IMG/VR virus record: IMGVR_UViG_3300025421_000001
Length of the DNA: 64,000 bases
DNA from: an uncultured virus (IMG/VR IMGVR_UViG_3300025421_000001)
Taxonomy: Duplodnaviria > Heunggongvirae > Uroviricota > Caudoviricetes
Direction: 5' to 3' (one strand)
Shown one piece after another: positions 10,175 through 20,800 of this stretch (its first letter is position 1; each line of letters opens with the position of its first letter). A program made the position numbers and the translations under genes. The notes under the pieces were generated by a model. That model was not told the DNA's origin, ran no database searches, and worked only from the letters and a program-made list of their open reading frames with translations.

Positions 10175-10660
10175 ATGACAGACGTTAGAGATAATATTGT
10201 TGCATGGGCTAAGTGGGCAGCCGCTAACCACGCTAAATTTAATTACACAGAAGGCCCACTACGCATGAGTGGTATTGGCAAGCCTGGCGTACTGCCAGTT
10301 AACGCTGACTGCTCTGCATTTGTAACTCTCTGCTACAACTGGGCTGGCGCTGCTGACCCTAACGGTATGGGCTACAACCACACTGGCTACACAGGCACAC
10401 TGCTTGCTCACGGTCAAAAGATTGCACTCAAGGACGTACAGCCTGGCGACGTTATCGTGTACGGCCCAGGAACCGGTTGGCACACTGCACTTGTTGTAGG
10501 TGTTGACGGTAGCAAGAACCCATTGACCATCTCCCATGGACAGGCCGGGGATCCGAGTTATTGCCACGTATCACAAGACGGACGACTTCCACAAACCTAT
10601 TTACGTTTCAACACTGCTGCCATAAACGACAAGAGCATACACACACCTCCAAAGGCATAA
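10175..10660 (+). CDS. NlpC/P60 cell-wall peptidase (endolysin-like)
   Basis: DCSAFV catalytic Cys, PGDVIVY, HTALV; ATG at 10175 preferred over the upstream TTG. Confidence 0.8.
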   Translation: MTDVRDNIVAWAKWAAANHAKFNYTEGPLRMSGIGKPGVLPVNADCSAFVTLCYNWAGAADPNGMGYNHTGYTGTLLAHGQKIALKDVQPGDVIVYGPGTGWHTALVVGVDGSKNPLTISHGQAGDPSYCHVSQDGRLPQTYLRFNTAAINDKSIHTPPKA

Positions 10661-10664
10661 AGCC

Positions 10665-11042
10665 ATGATTGCTACATCTGTTTTAGATGGGACCAATTTT
10701 TGGTTCAACTACATTGCAGCAATCGGTTTTGCATCTGCAACAATTTGGGGTGCTGTCACTTTTATCCACAGACGCTGGATTCGGCAGGTTACCTCAATTG
10801 TCAGTAAAAAAATTGATGCTGATTTTACAAACAAAATCGCTGAAGAGGTAGAACATATTTATAAAGAAACAACCCACAACGGTGGTGGCAGCATGAAAGA
10901 CGCCATTCGCCGTCTGGAGTCAAATACTCGAGAGGGATTTGACAAGCTTGAAAAACAACAAGAACAACTGGAACGATACATTCAAAAATTGGACAAAGCG
11001 CTGGAAAGGCACTTTGGATATCACGAAGGAATAGATGACTGA
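10665..11042 (+). CDS. Membrane-anchored coiled-coil protein (holin/lysis accessory-like)
   Basis: One N-terminal TM segment; HNGGGSMKDAI motif; next to the peptidase. Confidence 0.55.
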   Translation: MIATSVLDGTNFWFNYIAAIGFASATIWGAVTFIHRRWIRQVTSIVSKKIDADFTNKIAEEVEHIYKETTHNGGGSMKDAIRRLESNTREGFDKLEKQQEQLERYIQKLDKALERHFGYHEGIDD

Positions 11043-11421
11043 AAAGCCTAAACGGCAAAGTCATTGGGAATTTCACCCACACGTAAGATCGGGTGACGAA
11101 AGAACATTAGGAGAACGAGCCGCTGACCACATGCGTCACGGTATGGGAAGTTGGCCCTTTGTCTTTGGATTTGTAGTTTTTATGACCGCTTGGATGTTTG
11201 TTAATTCAAACACCAATCACCCTTTTGATGCATATCCGTTTATTTTATTAAACCTTATGCTTTCAACCCTTGCAGGGTTGCAAGGAGCAATTCTATTAAT
11301 TGCCGCAAAGCGTGCTGACCGCATTTCGGCGGAATTGGCCAAGTATCACTTGGAAGTCAGCGAAGCAACAAAGCAAATGCTGGAGGAACACCGACAGATG
11401 CTCGAAAGGCTTGTTAAGTGA
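11035..11421 (+). CDS. DUF1003-like membrane protein
   Basis: GSWPFV...FDAYPFILLNLMLSTLA. Confidence 0.8.
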   Translation: MTEKPKRQSHWEFHPHVRSGDERTLGERAADHMRHGMGSWPFVFGFVVFMTAWMFVNSNTNHPFDAYPFILLNLMLSTLAGLQGAILLIAAKRADRISAELAKYHLEVSEATKQMLEEHRQMLERLVK

Positions 11422-11717
11422 AAATTTGGTTAGAGGTGCTGCTTTACTCTGGTATTGGATCAATCTGCATGATTGCTAGGGATATCCTTGCAACAATTCT
11501 TACAGATGCTATTGCCAATGGAAAACATAAACTTGCTGGAAATATGGATGGATTGAGCGATGTTGTCAATATTGTTCTTGCGTCTTTTTCTGGTGTTGAA
11601 TTAATTCACCTGGGCTGGCGTGGCTGGCTTGGAATTATTCCTATTGGAATTGTTGGAAAAATTACTACCGAACGTGCCACAAAATGGTCGAGCGAAAACA
11701 TCAAGGAGGAAAAGTAA
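11418..11717 (+). CDS. Small multi-TM membrane protein (holin candidate)
   Basis: Hydrophobic segments; start/stop overlaps with neighbours. Confidence 0.5.
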   Translation: MKIWLEVLLYSGIGSICMIARDILATILTDAIANGKHKLAGNMDGLSDVVNIVLASFSGVELIHLGWRGWLGIIPIGIVGKITTERATKWSSENIKEEK

Positions 11718-12451
11718 TGGCTGAACGCTTTGCTGGAAAAATGGGAAAACTGCCTGCCGAAAAAGTGGCAATGGGCACTCTGGAACACTATGTAAAAGGA
11801 CCCATTTATAACGTTCCACGTTCTTTTGATTATTCAAACAAAGTCAAAAACTACCCGATGGCCCTTAACGACACTTACGGTGACTGCACAATTGCGGGCA
11901 TTATTCACATGCTTCAACTTGCCTATGCGGAATTAGGGGAAGAATTTGTATATCCCGGAGACGAAGCTGTCAAGGAAACCTACTTTAAATTGTCTGGCGG
12001 TGCTGACAGCGGCCTCGTAGAAAGATCGGTTCTTAATACGTGGATGAAAGAGGGACTCTTTGGCACAAAGATTTCTGCCTATGCTCCCGTAAATATTAAG
12101 AATCAAAAAGAAATGGCAGCTGCCATATATCTTTTTGGATCTGTATATCTTGGTGTAGAAATGCCTTCAAATGCAGAAACGCAATTTGAGGCGCATCAAC
12201 CCTGGCACATTGTAAATTTTCCAGAACCACCCGTTGGCGGTCACTGCGTTATTGCCACTGGTTGTAATCGTTTTGGTATTGACATTATTACATGGGGCGC
12301 CACAGAATCAATGACGTGGAGCTGGTGGAATACATATGGATCAGAAGCATGGGTTGTTATTCCTGAGGTATTTACCGAACTTGATCACGGTCCTGTTTGG
12401 AACATTGATCTAAAGACACTACAAGAGGACTTGAAGAACCTTGATCACTAA
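11717..12451 (+). CDS. Papain-like cysteine peptidase
   Basis: GDCTIAG ... GGHCV ... ITWG. Confidence 0.65.
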   Translation: MAERFAGKMGKLPAEKVAMGTLEHYVKGPIYNVPRSFDYSNKVKNYPMALNDTYGDCTIAGIIHMLQLAYAELGEEFVYPGDEAVKETYFKLSGGADSGLVERSVLNTWMKEGLFGTKISAYAPVNIKNQKEMAAAIYLFGSVYLGVEMPSNAETQFEAHQPWHIVNFPEPPVGGHCVIATGCNRFGIDIITWGATESMTWSWWNTYGSEAWVVIPEVFTELDHGPVWNIDLKTLQEDLKNLDH

Positions 12452-12962
12452 TAATCAATTACCGCAACACGGCGACGCTGTTTTTGCGCACACAAACAAT
12501 GTATATGGATGGGTAATTCGTTTAGGTCAAGCAATCCGTTGGTGGAAATATCGTTCTTGGAATCACATGGCATATGTTGATTCCGTTGACAAGGATGGAA
12601 CCATTTGGGTAATTCAAATGGCGCGTCGTTGTGAACGAGTAAAACTTCAAGATGTTGCGCCAAAAGGACACGTTAAAATTATTTCATGTCCACCAGAAGT
12701 TAACCGTGAGATGGCAACAAATTATGCCCGCAAACAACTTAGCATTAAGTATGGTGTTCTTACAATTATCAGCATTGCTGTAAATCTTTTTATGCCCAAC
12801 CCACTTCGCCTTGACATCCGCAAGGAAGACACCCTGATCTGCTCAGCACTTGTTGCACGCGCATGGGAGCACGGTGGTTGGGACTGTCCAGTAGACCCTT
12901 TTCAAGTTACGCCTGCCGAGTTTGACAAATTGCTCGGTGGTGGCGGAACACAAGTGTATTAA
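12441..12962 (+). CDS. Permuted papain-like (YiiX/NlpC-P60) amidase
   Basis: GD near N-terminus, WNHMAY, late ICSALVARAW Cys. Confidence 0.7.
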   Translation: MITNNQLPQHGDAVFAHTNNVYGWVIRLGQAIRWWKYRSWNHMAYVDSVDKDGTIWVIQMARRCERVKLQDVAPKGHVKIISCPPEVNREMATNYARKQLSIKYGVLTIISIAVNLFMPNPLRLDIRKEDTLICSALVARAWEHGGWDCPVDPFQVTPAEFDKLLGGGGTQVY

Positions 12963-13405
12963 TGACAGAAAAGCACAATCAAAATGTCACTCATAGTTAT
13001 TCTGTTCATTATCCTGAGCATCCTGAGCGTACCAGCGATCCCCACTATAAGGATTTCAACGCTTTCAGGCGCAGAACGAAAGACACTGCTCAGTGCAGCG
13101 TTGGTCTGCACCATAATGATTTTAGTGAATGTTCTTTAGATCAACCACTAGAACTTCATCACACTCACATTGAATTTTCATTACAAAACGGTGTAGACTT
13201 AAAATGGCTTGAAGTTGATTATCCAGGCGTATCTAACCCAGACACTGTAGGTGCATGGGTTGAGAGTGCCGAAAATCTTACATGGCTTTGCCAATTTCAT
13301 CACAGGGGAGCTGGTGGCGTTCATGTAGCAGCGGCCTCAGATTATGAAGCTGAAAAATACGTACGGGGATTAATTTCTCGAAAAATTTCCGAAAATAAGG
13401 AATAA
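12962..13405 (+). CDS. HNH-like His/Cys-rich protein
   Basis: LELHH...[10 protein letters not shown]. Confidence 0.5.
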   Translation: MTEKHNQNVTHSYSVHYPEHPERTSDPHYKDFNAFRRRTKDTAQCSVGLHHNDFSECSLDQPLELHHTHIEFSLQNGVDLKWLEVDYPGVSNPDTVGAWVESAENLTWLCQFHHRGAGGVHVAAASDYEAEKYVRGLISRKISENKE

Positions 13406-13410
13406 AAAAT

Positions 13411-15741
13411 ATGACATTTCCAAACATTTCAACGCCTAGATCGTACGGTGGTGCGGTACCCGGTGCCTACATAACAACTGATATACCAGCGTACTACGTT
13501 GAAAATCAAGCCATTGCCGTTTCTTCCCTTGCCGGTTGGTACGAGGTTGGTGATGATGGTCAGCAAACGACAAGCCCACTTGGAACTCGTGGACCATTTA
13601 TCATTGCCGTAAACTTAGGTCAAGCAAATGAAGAAAAGATTCTTTGTTCTTCGCTTGACATTGAAAATGCATTTATTACCGTTTGGTCAGATGGAACCAA
13701 TAATGGTCGTGGATATGACGGAACAATCATGTCTACTCACCACCGTCAAACTACGCAAAATAAAGTAAATGACACGTTTCACGTATTTGGTGCTGTTGAC
13801 TTTCTTCAACTTAATGAAGGAATTAACACAATTCTTAATGAAGGTGGAATTCAAGGACCACAAGGTGCGCAAGGCGCAACTGGAGCCGGAACACAAGGAC
13901 CACAGGGTTCACAGGGTGCAACGGGAACGGGAACTCAGGGTGCACAAGGTGCGCAGGGCTCACAGGGGTCACAAGGAGCAACGGGAACTGGCACACAAGG
14001 TCCTCAAGGTGCCACTGGAATTGGAATTCAAGGTCCACAAGGTACGCAAGGCGCAACCGGAACCGGGACTCAAGGTGCGCAAGGTTCGACCGGTGCACAA
14101 GGTGCAACTGGGTCTCAAGGAAATCGTGGTTTTCAGGGATTTCAAGGTAATCAAGGTACTCAAGGCACAACTGGTGCTCAGGGCGCAACGGGGTCTCAAG
14201 GAGCTGTCGGAACGCAAGGATCAACAGGGGTTCAGGGTTCTACAGGTGCACAGGGCAACCAAGGCTCACAAGGACAACGCGGTTACCAGGGTTATCAAGG
14301 TCAAGATGGCGCACGAGGTCAACAAGGATATCAGGGACAAGATGGACCACAAGGTTCCACTGGTGCACAAGGCCCACAAGGCAACAACGGTCAATCAGAC
14401 AAATACGCTACAAACAGTCCAACCGAATACACACTAGGTTCTGACTCAAATCACACATTTGTTCTTGACACTCCAAACTTAAGCTACACACCAGGTCAAA
14501 ACGTCGTCCTTGCTGGCGATGCAATGAACCTGATTCACGGAACAGTTGTTTATTACAATGCTGGTACAAACGAACTTAATGTAAATATTGATACTTACAT
14601 TGGTTCAGGTGCTCACGTAAACTGGTCCGTAAACCTTGACGGAGCTGTTGGTATTCAAGGCGCACAAGGCGCACAAGGCGATCAAGGTGCACAAGGTTAC
14701 CAGGGCGGAGAAGGACCACAAGGAAACGAAGGTCCTCAAGGACAAGATGGACTTCAGGGCCCTCAGGGCAATGACGGACTTCAGGGCTCTCAAGGTGATC
14801 AAGGTCTACAAGGCCCGCGCGGTTACCAAGGTTCTGCTGGTTCACAGGGAACTGCTGGTTCGCAAGGTGACTTTGGACCACAAGGTCCGCAAGGTTATCA
14901 AGGTCTTACCGGTGACCCAGGTATCTATGAATCAAACGATGGTGTACCACCAGTTGATGAAAATATTCTTTGGCTTGACGAAACAGTTGCTGGACTTGGT
15001 GCACAAGGTGCGCAAGGTGAGCCAGGGGCACAAGGACCACAAGGTGCTCGCGGTTATCAGGGTTCAACTGGAGCACAAGGTGCTAATGGAACAAATGGAA
15101 CTCAAGGCTCGCAAGGTACACAAGGCAATCAAGGCGCTCGTGGTTTTCAAGGTTCACAAGGTAACAATGGCGCACAAGGTGCTCAGGGTTCAAATGGTGC
15201 ACAAGGCCCTCAAGGTAATCAAGGTTCACAAGGAAACCAAGGTACGCAAGGCGCAACTGGAACTGGTACGCAAGGTGCTCAGGGTGCGCAAGGAAGCACT
15301 TATGGTTCGTCCGCTGGTCAAGTAATTAGCATGACCATTTGGAACGCTAGCGACATGGGATTTACTAGCAACTTTTCAACTAGTTCAACCAACTACGCAA
15401 CCATTGCATCAAAAACATACACGCCAAAATCAAACAGTTCGTACATTTTTATTGAAGCATACGCTGTTTATAACTACGGCGGTGGTTCTCAGGCTGACGA
15501 TTTCTATGTAAACCTCACTTGGAACGGCGCTGAAATTGGTTATACACATCAAATCTTTGTTGCTGCCTCAGGCGGAGGAACTAGAAGTGGTGTTTTGTTC
15601 CCAGTAGCAGGGCGTGTCACAAACGGAAGTACAACCGGATACACGCTTGCCGTTAATGGAAAACGTGGAACCGCAGATGACAACTTAGTAGTTCTTGCCG
15701 ACGGTGCTTTCTACGTCAAGATTACAGAAATTGCAAGGTAG
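13411..15741 (+). CDS. Collagen-like (G-X-Q)n fibre protein
   Basis: Long triplet runs separated by globular inserts. Confidence 0.85.
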   Translation: MTFPNISTPRSYGGAVPGAYITTDIPAYYVENQAIAVSSLAGWYEVGDDGQQTTSPLGTRGPFIIAVNLGQANEEKILCSSLDIENAFITVWSDGTNNGRGYDGTIMSTHHRQTTQNKVNDTFHVFGAVDFLQLNEGINTILNEGGIQGPQGAQGATGAGTQGPQGSQGATGTGTQGAQGAQGSQGSQGATGTGTQGPQGATGIGIQGPQGTQGATGTGTQGAQGSTGAQGATGSQGNRGFQGFQGNQGTQGTTGAQGATGSQGAVGTQGSTGVQGSTGAQGNQGSQGQRGYQGYQGQDGARGQQGYQGQDGPQGSTGAQGPQGNNGQSDKYATNSPTEYTLGSDSNHTFVLDTPNLSYTPGQNVVLAGDAMNLIHGTVVYYNAGTNELNVNIDTYIGSGAHVNWSVNLDGAVGIQGAQGAQGDQGAQGYQGGEGPQGNEGPQGQDGLQGPQGNDGLQGSQGDQGLQGPRGYQGSAGSQGTAGSQGDFGPQGPQGYQGLTGDPGIYESNDGVPPVDENILWLDETVAGLGAQGAQGEPGAQGPQGARGYQGSTGAQGANGTNGTQGSQGTQGNQGARGFQGSQGNNGAQGAQGSNGAQGPQGNQGSQGNQGTQGATGTGTQGAQGAQGSTYGSSAGQVISMTIWNASDMGFTSNFSTSSTNYATIASKTYTPKSNSSYIFIEAYAVYNYGGGSQADDFYVNLTWNGAEIGYTHQIFVAASGGGTRSGVLFPVAGRVTNGSTTGYTLAVNGKRGTADDNLVVLADGAFYVKITEIAR

Positions 15742-15882
15742 TAAAACGTTGTAATAACAGCAAAACCCAGTTAAACACTGGAATTTTTGAGAATCCATGG
15801 TAAAATCTGGGCAGTTCTCATGTAGTAACCCAAGTAAAAAGGCTTGCCAAAGCTTTTAAAATCTATATATAAAGGAATTATA

Positions 15883-17721
15883 ATGGCACAATTAAAGTAT
15901 TGGAATGGATCCGCTTGGGTTACCGCAGTAGTCGGTGCTCAGGGTTTCCAAGGAGATCAAGGTTATCAAGGTAATCAAGGTACCCAAGGTGAAACTGGTA
16001 CGCAGGGTTCACAAGGAAACCAAGGTAGTCAAGGCTACCAAGGACCACAAGGTTCTAAGGGTGACCAGGGTAATCAAGGTAATCAAGGTGAAACTGGACC
16101 ACAAGGTTACCAAGGTTCACAAGGAAATGACGGACCTCAAGGTTTCCAAGGTGACCAAGGACCGCAAGGTTTTCAAGGTGACCAAGGTAATCAGGGCTTC
16201 CAAGGTGACCAAGGACCACAAGGTAACCAAGGTTACCAAGGTCTAGGATTCACCCCAAAAGGTCAATGGCTTGTAAACGTAACTTACTACGCTAACGATG
16301 TTGTTTCTTACCTAGGTTCTTCATACGTTGCTATCAACACAAACATAGCTGAAGAGCCAAACACCTACACTGGTGACTGGACACTCATTGCACAAATGGG
16401 TAACCAAGGCAACCAAGGTGACCAAGGTACGCAAGGAAACCAGGGAGACCAAGGACCTCAGGGATTCCAGGGTAATCAAGGTACACAAGGTGTACGTGGA
16501 TACCAAGGATACCAAGGTTCGCAGGGACAAGATGGTACGCAGGGTTTCCAAGGAAACCAAGGAAATCAAGGTTTCCAAGGTGACCAAGGGCCACAAGGAT
16601 TCCAAGGAGACCAGGGACCACAAGGCTTCCAGGGAGACCAGGGACCTCAGGGTTACCAGGGATACCAAGGACAATCTGACAAGTACGCTACAACAAGTTC
16701 AAGCGACTACACACTTGCTACTGGTTCTGGTGACATTACAGTTGCAGCAGGTCTTTCATACACACCTGGACAAGAAATTGTTATTGCCAACGACAGCACA
16801 CACTATGTAGTTGCTACCGTTGACTCATACGACCCAGAAGGCGGAGCACTTGCCTTTACAGTTGGCATCACATCAGGCGACATTGTTGGTTCTGGCGAAT
16901 TCACATCATGGACAGTCAACCTTAACGGTGCTGTTGGTGTTCAAGGTACGCAAGGATTCCAAGGAGACCAAGGCCCACAAGGATTCCAAGGTAACGATGG
17001 AGCTCAGGGCTTCCAAGGTGATCAGGGTCCACAAGGATTCCAAGGAAATGACGGTAACCAAGGTTTCCAGGGCGACCAGGGTCCTCAGGGATACCAAGGT
17101 CCACAAGGTGACCAAGGATTCCAAGGTAACGATGGTCCACAAGGATTCCAGGGAGACCAAGGAAACCAAGGGTTCCAGGGAGACCAAGGACCTCAGGGTT
17201 ACCAAGGTGACATGGGTTACCAAGGTTACCAAGGCCTAGGATTTAACTATCAAGGTGCATGGAATGAAACAACCGTTTACAACACTAACGATGTTGTTTC
17301 ATACAACGGTTCATCATACGTAGCACTTGCTAACAACGACGGAGAACAGCCAGATGTAACTGGATTCTGGAACCTTATTGCTTCTAAGGGTGACCAAGGA
17401 AACCAAGGAACTCAAGGAGACCAAGGACCTCAAGGTTACCAAGGAAATCAGGGCTACCAAGGTGACCGTGGATTCCAAGGATACCAAGGTTCACAGGGTA
17501 ACGACGGAACGCAAGGTTCACAGGGTAACATCGGTGACCCAGGTATCTACGAAGGTACAATGGCTCCGGCAGACCACAACATTCTGTGGCTTGACACCGC
17601 TGCAACTGCATCTCCACCAAACGCAACAGAGCTACAGGGATACCCAGTTAGTGCAACCGCCCCTACTGAAGGACAAGTTCTTGTCTTCAAGAGTGGTGTT
17701 TGGACTCCAACAACTCTGTAA
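15883..17721 (+). CDS. Collagen-like fibre with carbohydrate-binding-like W..Y..NDVVSY.GSSY repeats
   Basis: AAAGGA SD before ATG 15883; GFQ/GDQ/GPQ runs. Confidence 0.85.
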   Translation: MAQLKYWNGSAWVTAVVGAQGFQGDQGYQGNQGTQGETGTQGSQGNQGSQGYQGPQGSKGDQGNQGNQGETGPQGYQGSQGNDGPQGFQGDQGPQGFQGDQGNQGFQGDQGPQGNQGYQGLGFTPKGQWLVNVTYYANDVVSYLGSSYVAINTNIAEEPNTYTGDWTLIAQMGNQGNQGDQGTQGNQGDQGPQGFQGNQGTQGVRGYQGYQGSQGQDGTQGFQGNQGNQGFQGDQGPQGFQGDQGPQGFQGDQGPQGYQGYQGQSDKYATTSSSDYTLATGSGDITVAAGLSYTPGQEIVIANDSTHYVVATVDSYDPEGGALAFTVGITSGDIVGSGEFTSWTVNLNGAVGVQGTQGFQGDQGPQGFQGNDGAQGFQGDQGPQGFQGNDGNQGFQGDQGPQGYQGPQGDQGFQGNDGPQGFQGDQGNQGFQGDQGPQGYQGDMGYQGYQGLGFNYQGAWNETTVYNTNDVVSYNGSSYVALANNDGEQPDVTGFWNLIASKGDQGNQGTQGDQGPQGYQGNQGYQGDRGFQGYQGSQGNDGTQGSQGNIGDPGIYEGTMAPADHNILWLDTAATASPPNATELQGYPVSATAPTEGQVLVFKSGVWTPTTL

Positions 17722-17736
17722 TAACTAAACCTCTTC

Positions 17737-17769
17737 TGTGCCGCGGGTCTGTAATGGACCCGCGGCACA
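17737..17769 (+). terminator. GC-rich hairpin between fibre genes
   Basis: TGTGCCGCGGGTC / GACCCGCGGCACA inverted repeat; weak U-tail. Confidence 0.55.
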
Positions 17770-17820
17770 CAGGTTTGCAGTACAATTAATGTAATATTTC
17801 GCTACCAAATAAGGTAAATT

Positions 17821-20800
17821 ATGGCACAGTTAAAATATTGGAATGGATCAACTTGGGTTACAGCTGTTGTTGGCGCACAAGGCGCACAAGGCGCTCAAGG
17901 AAATCAAGGCCAAGGATTCAATTTTAGAGGAGCATGGAGTTCGAGTGCCACGTATGCTCCATATGATTCCGTTTACTACGTTCAAACCCTTAGCCCTGGC
18001 AATGAGGCCGGAAGTACATACCTTTGCCTAAATGCCGTAGGACCAACCTCAACTACGCCATTAGACGACACAGCAAATTGGACTGTAATGGCAGATGGTA
18101 TTGCTATTACTGGCCCTCAAGGACCACAAGGAAACCAGGGTTTTCAAGGATTCCAAGGAGCATCGCCATTTTATATTGGTGGATGGTTTAATTCTTATGC
18201 TTATCAAATTAATGAAATTGTTGAATATGAAGGATCTTCATATTTGGCTATTAAAGCAAACACCGGCGTAACACCGGGAACAGATAACACAACTTGGGGA
18301 ATCGTTGCCGCAAAAGGCGATACCGGAGCTCAAGGACCTCAAGGTGATCAGGGTTCTACAGGTGCACAGGGTAATCAAGGACTTGGTTTCTTTTACACCG
18401 GAACATGGTCATCTTCATTTGAGTACTACATCAACGACGTTACCGATTACAATGGTTCATCATACATAGCCATTACAAATAATATCAATGTTGAACCAGG
18501 AACAGATGGTTCTAAGTGGGGCATTCTTGCCTCAGAAGGCTCACAAGGCTATCAGGGCAATCAGGGATTTCAAGGCGATCAGGGGCCACAGGGTTATCAA
18601 GGAACTCGTGGTTACCAGGGATACCAAGGTCCTCAAGGATTCCAGGGCACACAAGGAAATCAAGGATTCCAGGGAAATCAAGGCAATCAGGGATTTCAAG
18701 GCAATCAGGGATACCAAGGAAATCAAGGTTTCCAAGGCAATCAAGGTACACAAGGTGTAACCGGTGAAAAGGGCACAACAGGAAATGTTGGTCCACAAGG
18801 ACCACAAGGTTACCAGGGTCCGCAAGGAACAACTGGATCACAGGGAACTCAAGGTAATCAGGGTTACCAAGGGTACCAAGGATTTGATGGCGCACAGGGC
18901 TCTACAGGGGCCACTGGTGCCCAAGGAAACCAAGGTTTCCAGGGAACGCAAGGTTACCAAGGAAACACTGGTAACACAGGTTCCCAAGGTTCTCAAGGAA
19001 ATACTGGAGCTCAAGGAACACAAGGTAGCCAAGGTTCCACAGGAGCGCAGGGTTCAACTGGAACACAAGGTTCCACAGGCTCACAAGGCTCAACTGGCGC
19101 ACAAGGTGCGCAGGGCTTTCAAGGCAATAGAGGATATCAAGGCTTTCAAGGTGACACTGGTTCACAAGGATCAACTGGCTCTCAGGGTTCTACCGGTGCG
19201 CAAGGTTCTCAAGGTTCTCAAGGTTCAACTGGTTCACAAGGTTCAACAGGTAGCCAAGGAGCACAAGGCTTTCAAGGCAACCAGGGTTACCAAGGCAACA
19301 CTGGATCAACAGGCTCACAAGGTAGCCAAGGTTCCACAGGAGCGCAAGGCTATCAGGGCAATCAGGGCACACAAGGTAATCAGGGTTTCCAAGGGACACA
19401 AGGCAATCAAGGGTATCAAGGAAATCAAGGGAATCAGGGCTACCAAGGAGCGCAAGGCTATCAAGGAGTTCAAGGTCAAAACTCTACTGCAAATGCTCAC
19501 GCATCTGTATATACTGCAACTGCAGCAGGTCTTCCAAACTCGCCAACATACACAAATGGTTCTGCCGACCAAGATAACGGAACAGGAATTGGTGCTTACT
19601 TACAAGCAACTACAAATGGCTATTTAGTTGTAGATAGTTACACTTATAACGGACCTCTTCCGTCAAACACTCGTGTACTTGTTAAAAATCAATCAAATGC
19701 AGTTCAAAATGGTATTTATACAATTACTAGCGCAGGCGGAACTTCTTCGCTATGGAAACTTACACGTGCAACAGACTACAACAATAGCGTTGCGGGTCAA
19801 ATTGAGCCCGGTGACTTTGTACTTGCTATTAACGGCACTGTCAATGCAGACAGTACATGGATTCAAGTATCACAAGGGTCAAATCCAGACGGCGTAATTA
19901 AAATTGGAACAGACTCAATTACATTTTCTATTACTTCAGGTGTTGGGCCGCAAGGATATCAAGGTGCACAAGGACCGCAAGGTTATCAAGGAGCACAAGG
20001 TTCAACCGGAGCCCAAGGCAATACTGGCGCGCAAGGCGCAACTGGAAGTCAAGGACCACAGGGTTATCAAGGGTCGACAGGAAGTCAAGGCTCGCAGGGT
20101 TATCAAGGTGTAACAGGAGCACAAGGTTCACAAGGCTCTACTGGTTCTACTGGTGCGCAAGGAAACCAAGGCTTCCAAGGACCGCAAGGTAATCAGGGAT
20201 TCCAAGGTGTTCAAGGTTCTACTGGTGCGCAAGGCTCGCAAGGAGCAACTGGTTCACAGGGATCACAAGGATACCAAGGCAATCAGGGTTATCAGGGTTA
20301 TCAGGGTAATCAAGCTGGAATTACTATTGGTACTCAATCAACGGGTGTTGCTGGATCTTCTGTAACTGTAACCAATTCAGGCACACAAGGTGCCGCAATT
20401 CTTAACTTTAGCATTCCTCAGGGTTACCAGGGTTACCAAGGTAATCAAGGATTTCAGGGTTCTACTGGCTCTCAAGGAGCAACCGGTTCTCAGGGTCCAC
20501 AAGGATACCAAGGATTCCAAGGAAATCAAGGTACTACTGGTTCACAGGGTGCGACTGGTTCGCAAGGACCACAGGGTTATCAAGGTAACCAGGGTTATCA
20601 AGGTGCCGCTGGTCCACAAAACTACATTCAGGGTGCACAGGTTGGTAACAACCCAGCATCATCTGGACAAGCAATTATCTACAACGGTTCACAATGGGGT
20701 ATTCAATCACTATCTGGTGACGCCACACTTGCTGGCTCTGGTGCAATAACACTTTCATCTGTTGGCACACAAGGAACTCAGGGTAGTGCTACTGCTGTTC

